From NCBI GenBank assembly GCA_965222575.1, contig OZ244958.1, positions 160,001-224,000 on the forward strand: 64,000 nucleotides of DNA. The letters run 5' to 3'. The stretch is from Alphaproteobacteria bacterium (GTDB taxonomy: Bacteria; Pseudomonadota; Alphaproteobacteria; G965222575). The notes beneath the pieces were generated by a model. It saw only the letters and a program-made list of their open reading frames with translations. It made no database searches and had not been told where the DNA came from. Below are positions 37,360-45,952 of this stretch, piece after piece. Within the stretch, counting starts at the first letter, position 1. Each line of letters starts with the position of its first letter. The position numbers and the translations under genes were made by a program.

Positions 37360-38559
37360 ATGCCTTCTTTAGAGAGGTTGTTAGCGTGCGGTATTAGGGG
37401 CAAGCGGATTGTGTTGCGGTTAGATTTGAATGTCCCCTTGCGCAATGGCAGGGTTGGGGATTTTTATCGTCTTGAGGAAAGTTTACAGACTTTGAAGGCT
37501 CTTAAGAGCGGAGGAGGGCGGGTGAAGATTCTGTCACATTTCGGTCGTCCTGGGGGGCGGGTTGTGGAGTCTTACTCTTTTAAGCGGTTGCTTGGGGATT
37601 TTCAATCTTGGTTTGGGCAGCATGGGTTACTGTTGGAGGGAGATTTTAGTACGAAGTATTATGTTGAGGCGAAAAAGGAGCCTGGGGCGGGGAAGTTTTT
37701 GTTGCTTGAAAACGTGCGGTTTTGTGCGGAAGAAGAGGCAGTAGCCCCTGGGGAGTCCTTTGTCAAGAAGGCTTTAACCCTTGGGGAGGTTTTTGTCCAT
37801 GAGGGCTTTTCAGTGAGTCACAGGAACTCTGTAAGCAGTCTACAATTGGCGAAACATTTACCATCTTACAGTGGGTATCACTTAGAACGCGAAGTGAGAA
37901 TCATAAAAAAATTGCTACTAGATAGGCCTAAGCATCCGTTTTTCGCTATTATTGGAGGGAAGAAGGCGAGTAAGTTTGGCACCTTAAAGACCTTTTTATC
38001 AAGGGGTGCCAAAGTCGTACTAGGAGGTGGCATAGCGAACACCTTTCTAGCAGCTCATGGATACAATATTGGGAACTCTTTTGTGGAAGAAGACCTAATC
38101 CCTAGGGCAAGGGAACTATTAAGGCAATACGCTACAACACTCACCCTGCCTGACCATGTATTGGTCTGTAAGTCTTTAAGGGAGGAGGGTACGCTCATCA
38201 AGTGCAAGTCCGTCTCCGATTTAGCCCCAGATGATATCATTGGAGATGCTTGCTTTGATTGGTCTTTCTTACATGAGTTGCGTCCGGGCGGTACCGTGTT
38301 CTGGAATGGTCCCTTAGGCATCTGTGAAAATCCCTCCTTTACTCTATCAAGCCATTTGCTGTACACATACCTTAAAGGGTTAGGTGCAAAGGTTATTTCT
38401 ATTATTGGAGGAGGAGACACTATGGGGTCTCTTCCCGGTGATTTTTCCCCTTCTAATGACAGCATTAGCCATTATTCAACAGGAGGAGGGGCTCTGCTAG
38501 CGTTTCTTGAAAATCCTCATTTAGAAGTTTTGCGTGCGTTAAAGCTTTTATCTTGTTGA
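37360..38559 (+). CDS. pgk: Phosphoglycerate kinase (divergent)
   Basis: RLDLNVP, SHFGRP, LLENVRF, GGGIANTFL, WNGPLG, GGGDT, STGGGA. Confidence 0.93.
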   Translation: MPSLERLLACGIRGKRIVLRLDLNVPLRNGRVGDFYRLEESLQTLKALKSGGGRVKILSHFGRPGGRVVESYSFKRLLGDFQSWFGQHGLLLEGDFSTKYYVEAKKEPGAGKFLLLENVRFCAEEEAVAPGESFVKKALTLGEVFVHEGFSVSHRNSVSSLQLAKHLPSYSGYHLEREVRIIKKLLLDRPKHPFFAIIGGKKASKFGTLKTFLSRGAKVVLGGGIANTFLAAHGYNIGNSFVEEDLIPRARELLRQYATTLTLPDHVLVCKSLREEGTLIKCKSVSDLAPDDIIGDACFDWSFLHELRPGGTVFWNGPLGICENPSFTLSSHLLYTYLKGLGAKVISIIGGGDTMGSLPGDFSPSNDSISHYSTGGGALLAFLENPHLEVLRALKLLSC

Positions 38560-38617
38560 CACACTTTGGAAGTCTGAGTATGGTATAAAGTAAGTAAGCG
38601 AGTATACTAAAGATTGG

Positions 38618-39237
38618 ATGTCCATGAAAGCCGCATCATTATCTTATATGAAGCTACTATTCACAGTGTTGTGCGTAGGTGGCTTTCTGTTAGTATTGCC
38701 TTCTTGTTCTCATATGGGCACACAAGAGGACTCTCTTGCAGAGCTGAAGGCGCTCAAAAAGTTCGATAAGCAGAAAATGCTGGAGGAAGAGCAACAGCAA
38801 CAGAGCAAGAGGAAGAGGAAGAGGAGAAAATCGTAGAGGAAGTGATAGAAGAAGAAGAAGAGGACAAGGGGACGAGGGAGTATTATGATACACGCCTTAA
38901 GGCGGCGGTTTTTTTTGACTTTGATTCTTATGTGTTAGGAGAGGAGTCAAAGGCGCTGTTGCTTGCGCAATCTGATTGGTTGAAGGAGTATTTTCGTGGA
39001 GGGGTTGTCTACATAGAGGGTCACTGTGATGAGAGGGGGACGAGGGAGTATAATATAGCACTTGGAGCGAAGCGTGCGTATGCTGTTGTTGAGTATTTAA
39101 TGTTATTGGGGGTACCGAAGCGTTGGTTACAGACAGTATCTTACGGGAAGGAACGTCCCTTAATAAGTGAGTCACTAGAAACATCGTGGGCGCAAAATCG
39201 CCGTGCTCTTATTACCTTTACAACGCCATCTGAATGA
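38618..39237 (+). pseudogene. pal: Peptidoglycan-associated lipoprotein Pal split by a 1-bp frameshift near 38803 (real lesion or sequence error)
   Basis: Upstream ORF carries lipobox LPSC; downstream frame carries OmpA-C/Pal motifs VFFDFDS, IEGHCDERGTREYNIALG, SYGKERP, NRRA and is open from 38770. Confidence 0.8.
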
Positions 39238-39270
39238 GTAAAGTGTGGTGGGGGGGCAGAAATTGGAAGA

Positions 39271-39969
39271 ATGAAGGAGACAACAGCGAAGATTTTTTGT
39301 GCCCTTGATTTGCAAGAGCGTTCCAGTTGTCGTGCCTTATTGGAAGGGGTTGCCCCTTATGTTGATGGATTTAAGGTAGGGAGTATTTTTTTTACGTCTT
39401 TTGGTCCTGCTGGGGTAAAAGAGTTGAAGCAAACTTATCCTAACCACAAGTTATTTTTAGATTTGAAGTGGCATGATATTCCGCATACGGTTAGGGAATC
39501 AGCAAGATTGAGTACGTTACTGAGTCCGTTTATGGTAACGGTACATACAATGGGAGGGAAAGAGATAATGCAGGCAGCACTTGAGGGGGTACAGCAGCGT
39601 GGAGGAGTAGAGCAACCGTTAGTATTAGGGGTGACGGTTTTGACATCTTCTACTATAGGGTCGCCTAAGGAAGTGACGGTTTTAGCACAATCAGCTTATG
39701 AAGTGGGGCTAGATGGTATTGTTTGCGGTGCGGGGGATTTGTGTTTCTTGCCAGAGGAGATAAAATCTACTATGGTGAAAGTGACGCCCGGCATCAGGAT
39801 GGAGGGGGAGAGGTGTACGGGGGAAGACCAGAAGCGTGTGTTAACAGGCAAAGAGGCGGTACGAGCTGGTTCTGATTACTTGATTATTGGTCGTCCATTT
39901 ACTGGGGCTAAAGACCCGGCTTTAGCGGCACGCAGGTTCAGAGACTCATTGGTGGAAGAGGAATCATGA
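39271..39969 (+). CDS. pyrF: Orotidine-5'-phosphate decarboxylase
   Basis: ALD, FLDLKWHDIPHTV, VTVLTS, VTPGIR, IIGRP. Confidence 0.96.
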   Translation: MKETTAKIFCALDLQERSSCRALLEGVAPYVDGFKVGSIFFTSFGPAGVKELKQTYPNHKLFLDLKWHDIPHTVRESARLSTLLSPFMVTVHTMGGKEIMQAALEGVQQRGGVEQPLVLGVTVLTSSTIGSPKEVTVLAQSAYEVGLDGIVCGAGDLCFLPEEIKSTMVKVTPGIRMEGERCTGEDQKRVLTGKEAVRAGSDYLIIGRPFTGAKDPALAARRFRDSLVEEES

Positions 39970-40826
39970 ATTGGTTAAAGAAGGCGATTTTGCCTAGGAT
40001 TAAATTTTTTCGTCGCCAACGGGAGGCACCGGATGATGTATGGTCAAGATGTTTATCCTGTGGCCATATTATGTTTCAGGCAGATTTTATATCGGAGCAA
40101 TATGTGTGTCCTAAGTGTCAGCATCATGCGCGCATAGATGCTCTGTCGAGATTTTCGTTATTATTTGACGGGGGATATGAAGTGTTATCCTTGATTAAGT
40201 CAAAGGATAGGCAGGACCCCTTAAAGTTTCAGGACACAAAGAGCTACAAGAAGCGCTTATCTGAGGCTTGCAAGCTGAACTATGCGTTAGAGGAGTCAGT
40301 GAGTGTTGGGGTAGGAACGCTACAAGGTCACAAAGCGGTGATGAGTGTACAAAATTTTTCTTTTATGGGGGGGTCAATGGGGATGAGTGCGGGAGAGTCC
40401 ATTGTGTTAGCGGCGCGCAAAGCTTTAGAGACTGCGTCGGCTTTAATTACCATCTGTTCATCAGGTGGTATGCGTATGCAGGAAGGGGTATTATCACTGA
40501 TGCAAATGCCGCGTACGACCATAGGGATTACGCGGTTGAAGGAAGCGGGACTGCCTTATATTAGTGTGTTATCTGACCCGACGACGGGAGGGGTCACGGC
40601 GTCTTTTGCGACTTTAGGGGATATTACGCTTGCGGAGCCCGGTGCGTTGATTGGGTTTGCGGGACCGAGGGTGATTCAGCAAACCATTAACACGACTTTA
40701 CCGCCCGGTTTTCAGCGGGCAGAGTATCTCTATGAGAGGGGGATGATTGACCAAGTTGTCCACCGTCATGACTTAAAGAATAAGCTTGCGAATTTTTTAC
40801 ATCTTTTCTATGACAAGAGCTGGTAG
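39966..40826 (+). CDS. accD: Acetyl-CoA carboxylase carboxyltransferase beta subunit
   Basis: C4 zinc finger, FMGGSMG, SGG.RMQEG, PTTGGVTASFA, IGFAGPRVI. Confidence 0.97.
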   Translation: MNWLKKAILPRIKFFRRQREAPDDVWSRCLSCGHIMFQADFISEQYVCPKCQHHARIDALSRFSLLFDGGYEVLSLIKSKDRQDPLKFQDTKSYKKRLSEACKLNYALEESVSVGVGTLQGHKAVMSVQNFSFMGGSMGMSAGESIVLAARKALETASALITICSSGGMRMQEGVLSLMQMPRTTIGITRLKEAGLPYISVLSDPTTGGVTASFATLGDITLAEPGALIGFAGPRVIQQTINTTLPPGFQRAEYLYERGMIDQVVHRHDLKNKLANFLHLFYDKSW

Positions 40827-42117
40827 GATAGAATCGCTTTTGTTAAAACGTCATAGCCGCAAGGTAAAGTATTCTTTAGATAGGATAAAAGAGGTATTGA
40901 AGAGATTTGACAATCCTCAGGAAGCGTTACCGCCGACGATTCATGTTGCTGGGACTAACGGGAAAGGGTCGACCATGGCTTTTTTGCGTGGGATTTTGGA
41001 AGCGGCGGGGTATAGGGGACATAGTTTTACTTCTCCTAGTCTTACAGGCCTTGAAGAGAGGTTTACGGTTCGAGGAGAAACAATAAAGCCCTCAGATTTA
41101 GAAGAGGTTTTACTTAAGGTATCGGATGAAAGTTTCTCTACTGGCATTGCGCTGAGTTTTTTTGAAGTGTTGGCTGTGAGTGCTTTTATTGTGTTTAGAG
41201 AAAAGGAAGGGGATTTTGTGTTGTTAGAGTCTGGTCTTGGGGGGCGGTTAGATGCGACAAATGTTGTATCGGCACCGGTGTTGACGATTTTGACCTCAAT
41301 ATCCCTTGATCACACAGATTTTTTGGGAGAAAGTTTAGAGGAAATAGCCCGTGAGAAGTGCGGCATATTAAAGGAGCAAGTCCCGATTATTTGTGGGCGT
41401 CAGTGTTCAAGGAGAGTAGAAGAAATCATTGTATCAACAAGTGCGGCGAAGGGGAGTCGTTTGTATAGGGAAGGGACGGATTGGTTTTTAGAGGGGAAAG
41501 AGGAAGGGTTGACAGTGAGAACACCTTGGGGGGATTTTTCTTTTTCATCACTGGGGTTGTTGGGGTCTTACCAGAAAGAAAATGCTGGGGGAGCGGTATT
41601 AGGGGCTTTGTGTTTACAGGAGGAGGGTTTTTGTTTACCAAGGAGGAGTTTATCTGAAGGGTTGAAGTGTGCACGCTGGCGTGGTCGTTTTGAGAGGATA
41701 AAGGATCATTTGGTTTATCCTAAGATGCAGACTGGCACAGAGATTATTGTGGACGGAGGTCATAATCCCTCTGCTGCTCAAGCGGTTGTAGAAAGTTTAC
41801 AAGAGATGAGGGGCTTGTTACGATTAGAAAATCGTCCTCTGATTGTGTTGATAGGGGCGCTTAAAAGCAAGCCTATTGTGGAAATGCTGCTGCCATTTTT
41901 CGTTTTTGGGTCTATGCTAGAGGTATGGCATACGCCCCTTTTGCATCAAGAAAGCTGGGGGTCTCTTCCCCCTTTGCCTGAAGGGGTAGTAAGAGAATAT
42001 TCCTCGTTGTCTTCGGCCCTAGATTTTCTGAAGGAACGAAGGGATAGTCCCCTAGTGGTGGTGTTTGGGTCGCTGTATTTGGTCTCGGAATTTTTCTCTT
42101 CTCACATGAAGAGCTAG
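40810..42117 (+). CDS. folC: Folylpolyglutamate synthase / dihydrofolate synthase
   Basis: IHVAGTNGKGST, GLGGRLDATNV, DGGHNP, FGSLYLV. Confidence 0.95.
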   Translation: MTRAGRIESLLLKRHSRKVKYSLDRIKEVLKRFDNPQEALPPTIHVAGTNGKGSTMAFLRGILEAAGYRGHSFTSPSLTGLEERFTVRGETIKPSDLEEVLLKVSDESFSTGIALSFFEVLAVSAFIVFREKEGDFVLLESGLGGRLDATNVVSAPVLTILTSISLDHTDFLGESLEEIAREKCGILKEQVPIICGRQCSRRVEEIIVSTSAAKGSRLYREGTDWFLEGKEEGLTVRTPWGDFSFSSLGLLGSYQKENAGGAVLGALCLQEEGFCLPRRSLSEGLKCARWRGRFERIKDHLVYPKMQTGTEIIVDGGHNPSAAQAVVESLQEMRGLLRLENRPLIVLIGALKSKPIVEMLLPFFVFGSMLEVWHTPLLHQESWGSLPPLPEGVVREYSSLSSALDFLKERRDSPLVVVFGSLYLVSEFFSSHMKS

Positions 42118-42152
42118 AATAATACTTGTAGTTAGAGGAAATTTCTATTAGA

Positions 42153-42677
42153 ATGAGGACTTATGTGTGCGAGGTTCGTTCTGTGTGTCCTTCTGTTAAT
42201 TTTTCTCCCCAAGACCATGTTGTGTATCCTTGTCATGGGATAGGGGTAATCAAGGAAATAGAAAGCAAGGAAATCAGCGGTAAGAGCATCGAGTTTTTTG
42301 TCATATCGTTTCCTGAGGAGAGAATGATGTTGCGGGTGCCTGTGGATAAAGCTCAGGACAGTGGCTTGCGTCTTTTGTACTCGGTTCAAAAGTTACAAGA
42401 AGCGTTACAGATACTAAAGGGACGGGCGCGGCATCGGCAAAAGATATGGATTAAGCGGTCTCAAGAATTTGAGACGAAGATTAACTCTGGCATGCTTGAG
42501 TCGCTAGCGGAAGTGATAAGAGACCTGCATACATTGAAGGAGGCTTTGTCTTATAGCGAGCGCAAGATATACGATACAGCGCGGCAACGTTTATTACAGG
42601 AGATGATGCTGGTAAAAAATCTGAAGCAGGGGGAAGCGGAGGTAGCGCTTGATACATTATTAGAGGTATCGCGTTAA
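42153..42677 (+). CDS. carD: CarD-family RNA polymerase-binding regulator (start uncertain)
   Basis: VVYPCHGIG.I, LRVP, W.KR.QE.E.KINSG, SYSER.IY. Confidence 0.93.
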   Translation: MRTYVCEVRSVCPSVNFSPQDHVVYPCHGIGVIKEIESKEISGKSIEFFVISFPEERMMLRVPVDKAQDSGLRLLYSVQKLQEALQILKGRARHRQKIWIKRSQEFETKINSGMLESLAEVIRDLHTLKEALSYSERKIYDTARQRLLQEMMLVKNLKQGEAEVALDTLLEVSR

Positions 42678-43457
42678 GGCGCAGAGTTGTTCTATGGAGA
42701 GTTCTGAGGGGCGCTGGTTTGGGGCGAGGGTTTCTTGTTGTAGGATAGTGCGTATTTTGTTGTTATCCCAAAGTGGTTTTAGGGCGTTGGAGAGGATTTT
42801 TCTTCTGTGAGCGAAAAGGAGTTTTGTGAGTTTTTCCAGTTTATGGTCTTCTGTAAGAGGAGCGCCTATAGGGATGTCTCTTGGTTTCATGGCAATGAGA
42901 GAGGAGTAGACGGTGGGAGGAGGGTTGAAGGCTTGTGGAGGGACAGAGAGGAGGAGAGTTGAGAGGAACATTTTGCGCTGTACGGCGATGGAGAGGCTTC
43001 CTCTGTGGGGAGATTTTGGTTGTGCTGTGAGTCGTTGTGCGAATTCCTGTTGTACGAGGAGGACATATTGTGCATAGGTTTTGGGTTGAGTCATCCATTT
43101 TAGGAAGAGAGGCGTCAAGAGATAATAGGGGAGATTTCCCACTAAGAGGGAGTTTGGTTTAGGGTGATGAGAGAAGGAGAGGATATCGTCATTGACGAGA
43201 GAGCACTGTGTGAGGGGGTGATGTTGGCAGAGGGTTTTAAGATTTGGCAGGAAGCGAGGGTCTTTTTCGACGAGGGTGAGGGAAGCGGGTTTTTGCTGTA
43301 AGAGGAGATGGGTAAGGGTTCCTGTACCGGGGCCTATTTCCAAGACATTTTTCCCCATTAAGGGGCCTAAAGAGGAGGAGATGATACGCAAGAAAACAGG
43401 GTCTTGCAAAAAATGTTGTCCGAGTTTTTTCAGGGGGGTAGGGGTAAGAGGGTACAC
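42660..43457 (-). CDS. rsmA: 16S rRNA adenine dimethyltransferase (start probably GTG 43457)
   Basis: KKLGQHFL, VLEIGPG.G.LT, VEKD, GNLPY, F.PPP.V.S. Confidence 0.95.
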   Translation of the reverse strand: MYPLTPTPLKKLGQHFLQDPVFLRIISSSLGPLMGKNVLEIGPGTGTLTHLLLQQKPASLTLVEKDPRFLPNLKTLCQHHPLTQCSLVNDDILSFSHHPKPNSLLVGNLPYYLLTPLFLKWMTQPKTYAQYVLLVQQEFAQRLTAQPKSPHRGSLSIAVQRKMFLSTLLLSVPPQAFNPPPTVYSSLIAMKPRDIPIGAPLTEDHKLEKLTKLLFAHRRKILSNALKPLWDNNKIRTILQQETLAPNQRPSELSIEQLCALTRYL

Positions 43458-43461
43458 GGTT

Positions 43462-44415
43462 TTATGGTGCGGAGGATGTTTGATAGAGGGCAGCAGCCTG
43501 TTTAATAGCAGCAACAAGGCTTAAAGGAGAAGCGTTCTGTTTTGGGATAATATCCTCGCCTGTTCCGTGAGCGGGAGAGGTTCTGATGAGGGGCAGATTC
43601 AAGGTAATGTTGACAGCCTGTTGTAGGTCTAAGGTTTTGATGGGGATGAAGGCTTGGTCATGATAGAGGCATAAGAAGAGGTGGAAGAGGTGTCTGCGTT
43701 TTTTGATAAAGAGGGTGTCAGGCGGAAAAGGCCCATGAATATTGAGTCCTTTTTTCCGGAGGGCATTGATGGCTGGTTTGATGATGAGGGGTTCTTCTTG
43801 TCCGAAGAGTCCATTTTCGGAAGCGTGGGGATTTAATCCTGCAACGGCTATGGCGGGGTTCTGTAGTCGAAATTGTTTTGAGAGGATGGTATGGAGAGTG
43901 GTTGCAGTTTTTATGATGAGGTGTTGAGAAAGGGTTGAGGGAACAGCGCTCAGAGGGATGTGTCTGGTAAGAGGGACAACGCGCAGGTATTGGTTAAGAA
44001 GCATCATAATGGGGTCTTGAGACCGGGAGAGGTGCGCAAGAAATTCCGTGTGTCCCGGCCATTGGAAGCCGTGCTGATGGAGAAGAGTTTTTGAAATAGG
44101 ATTGGTCACCATGGCTGCCACCCTTTTTTTCTGACAAAAGGAGAACGCTATTTTGATGGACTCTATGGTAGCAGCAGGGCCGGTCTCCTTAAGAGGCCAA
44201 ATGGGAAGGGATGAGGGGAAAATCTCTTGGGCTTGCTCTGGTTGAGAAATTGTCGTGAACGGCACATGGTGTTGTGCCGCTAGAGGATAGAGAAAATCTG
44301 GGTTCTCAATAACGAAAAAGGGGAAAGGAGAGGTTTTGAGAATTTTCCACGCTTGTAGAGTGAGATGAGGAGCAATACTGGTTTCTTCCCCTCTTGTAAG
44401 TGCTAGTATCATCAC
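43462..44415 (-). CDS. pdxA: 4-hydroxythreonine-4-phosphate dehydrogenase
   Basis: PGHTEFLA, GLNPHA.ENG, GP.P.DT.F, YHDQ, RTSP.HGT. Confidence 0.93.
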   Translation of the reverse strand: MMILALTRGEETSIAPHLTLQAWKILKTSPFPFFVIENPDFLYPLAAQHHVPFTTISQPEQAQEIFPSSLPIWPLKETGPAATIESIKIAFSFCQKKRVAAMVTNPISKTLLHQHGFQWPGHTEFLAHLSRSQDPIMMLLNQYLRVVPLTRHIPLSAVPSTLSQHLIIKTATTLHTILSKQFRLQNPAIAVAGLNPHASENGLFGQEEPLIIKPAINALRKKGLNIHGPFPPDTLFIKKRRHLFHLFLCLYHDQAFIPIKTLDLQQAVNITLNLPLIRTSPAHGTGEDIIPKQNASPLSLVAAIKQAAALYQTSSAP

Positions 44416-44618
44416 TAATTCCTTTGTGGGATTGATACCGCTTCCTTTCCTGTAAGCACTGGTATCATCGCTAATTCCTTTGTGAGATTACTACCGTTTC
44501 CTTTCTTGTAAACACCTCGTATCATCGCTAATTCCTTTGTGGGATTGATACCGCTTCCTTTCTGTAAGCACTAGTATCATCGCTAATTCCTTTCTTGTAA
44601 ACACCTATACCTCGTATC
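44375..44618. repeat. About 56-bp tandem repeat (about 4 copies) containing the pdxA RBS and first codons
   Basis: GTATCATC(A/G)CTAATTCCTTT at 44406, 44462, 44519 and 44574. Confidence 0.92.
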
Positions 44619-44686
44619 CATAGCCTCCCCCACGCCTTTTTTTTGTGGGGTTCACGTTATTTCTCCTTCTATAAGAGCGAGTGGTA

Positions 44687-45937
44687 TCAGGGGGAGGAGG
44701 GGAGGTCTTTGAGGAGGATGGTGGCTTTTCGGTACAGGTTTTGCACATAAAGAGCGCTTTCTGTAAGGGTTTTTTGACTAATAATCCGATTTTTAATGTT
44801 TTGTCGGAGGACTGGGTCTGAGGTTTGGCATAGGGCTAAGAGGAAGATGACACCTTGTTGTGTATTGTGTTCTTCAAGTGGAGTCCCTGCAGGATAGGAC
44901 TGGAAAAATTCGCGTTGTTCCAGTGTGAGGTCTTCTAGGGAGACATTTTCTCGTGTAGTATTGAGATGAGGAAGGTCTGGCATTCTGCAGTTTTTCAAGT
45001 CTTTGAGGATATTGTTTTTGAGTTTTGCGTCAATGGTATTTTCTGCCTGCACGGTAAGGAGAGAGAAGAAAAGTTGATGAGCTGGTTGTTTTTCATAGAG
45101 TTTGAGGATATAAAAGCCATCTTGCAGTCGGAGGTATCGGACTTCGTTTATCTTCATATTTTCCACAACATCGCTTGCGTGTTGAGAGAGAGCATCCAGT
45201 GATAAAAGGCCTAATCGTCCGCCTACAGAAGCGGAAGGGGCACGACTGAACTGTCTTGCGAAGGTTGGAAATTTTTCTGGTTCAACTTTAATAATTGCGA
45301 CAATTTGCTCAATAAAGTCAATGACCTCTTTGGTATAGGCTGGGTCAGCCAAAGGGATAAAAATTTCGCCAATATCGAACAAGCCGGCTTTTTGTTTTTC
45401 GTGTACTACCTTTTCCCATTCGGTGATTTCCTCTTCAGAGACTTTCTGAAAACGGCTAATGGCGTGATATTGCACATATTGCCAAGACAGTTCGGCCTGC
45501 ATTTGCGCCTGCAGTGCGGCTACAGGCAACCCTTGATTTTCAAGGGCTTCATAAGTATTTTCCTCTCCTTGCGTCACAAAGGAGCGCTGCACTGCCCAGT
45601 TCTTAATAGCCCCTTCAATCTCTGTATCAGCAACATGAAAGTCTTTACCAAATAGGTGTTTTGCCTCCTGTAAATAAAGCCTTTCATAGAGCAAAGCCTC
45701 CAAGGCGCGTTGTTGCATAATGTCCAATATTTCCTGTGTTTGTTCAATATCGGATAAAAACAACAGAAGCTTAAGGCGTTGTTCCACATCATAGGAAGAC
45801 ACAATTTCATCATTAACCAATGCGATAATATAATGTTTTCTCTGGCTATCCTGAGGCTGGTTAAGCGGTACGCTGTCCTCTCCTGGACTTTGCCCTTGTG
45901 CTAAAAGAAAAATCAAGACAATAAAACCCCATTTCAT
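44687..45937 (-). CDS. surA: SurA-type periplasmic chaperone / PPIase
   Basis: IIALVNDEIVS.YDV.QR, F..FARQFS.APSA..GG.LG; lptD-surA-pdxA-rsmA synteny. Confidence 0.88.
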   Translation of the reverse strand: MKWGFIVLIFLLAQGQSPGEDSVPLNQPQDSQRKHYIIALVNDEIVSSYDVEQRLKLLLFLSDIEQTQEILDIMQQRALEALLYERLYLQEAKHLFGKDFHVADTEIEGAIKNWAVQRSFVTQGEENTYEALENQGLPVAALQAQMQAELSWQYVQYHAISRFQKVSEEEITEWEKVVHEKQKAGLFDIGEIFIPLADPAYTKEVIDFIEQIVAIIKVEPEKFPTFARQFSRAPSASVGGRLGLLSLDALSQHASDVVENMKINEVRYLRLQDGFYILKLYEKQPAHQLFFSLLTVQAENTIDAKLKNNILKDLKNCRMPDLPHLNTTRENVSLEDLTLEQREFFQSYPAGTPLEEHNTQQGVIFLLALCQTSDPVLRQNIKNRIISQKTLTESALYVQNLYRKATILLKDLPSSP

Positions 45938-45952
45938 GTTCAGCTACCTCCC

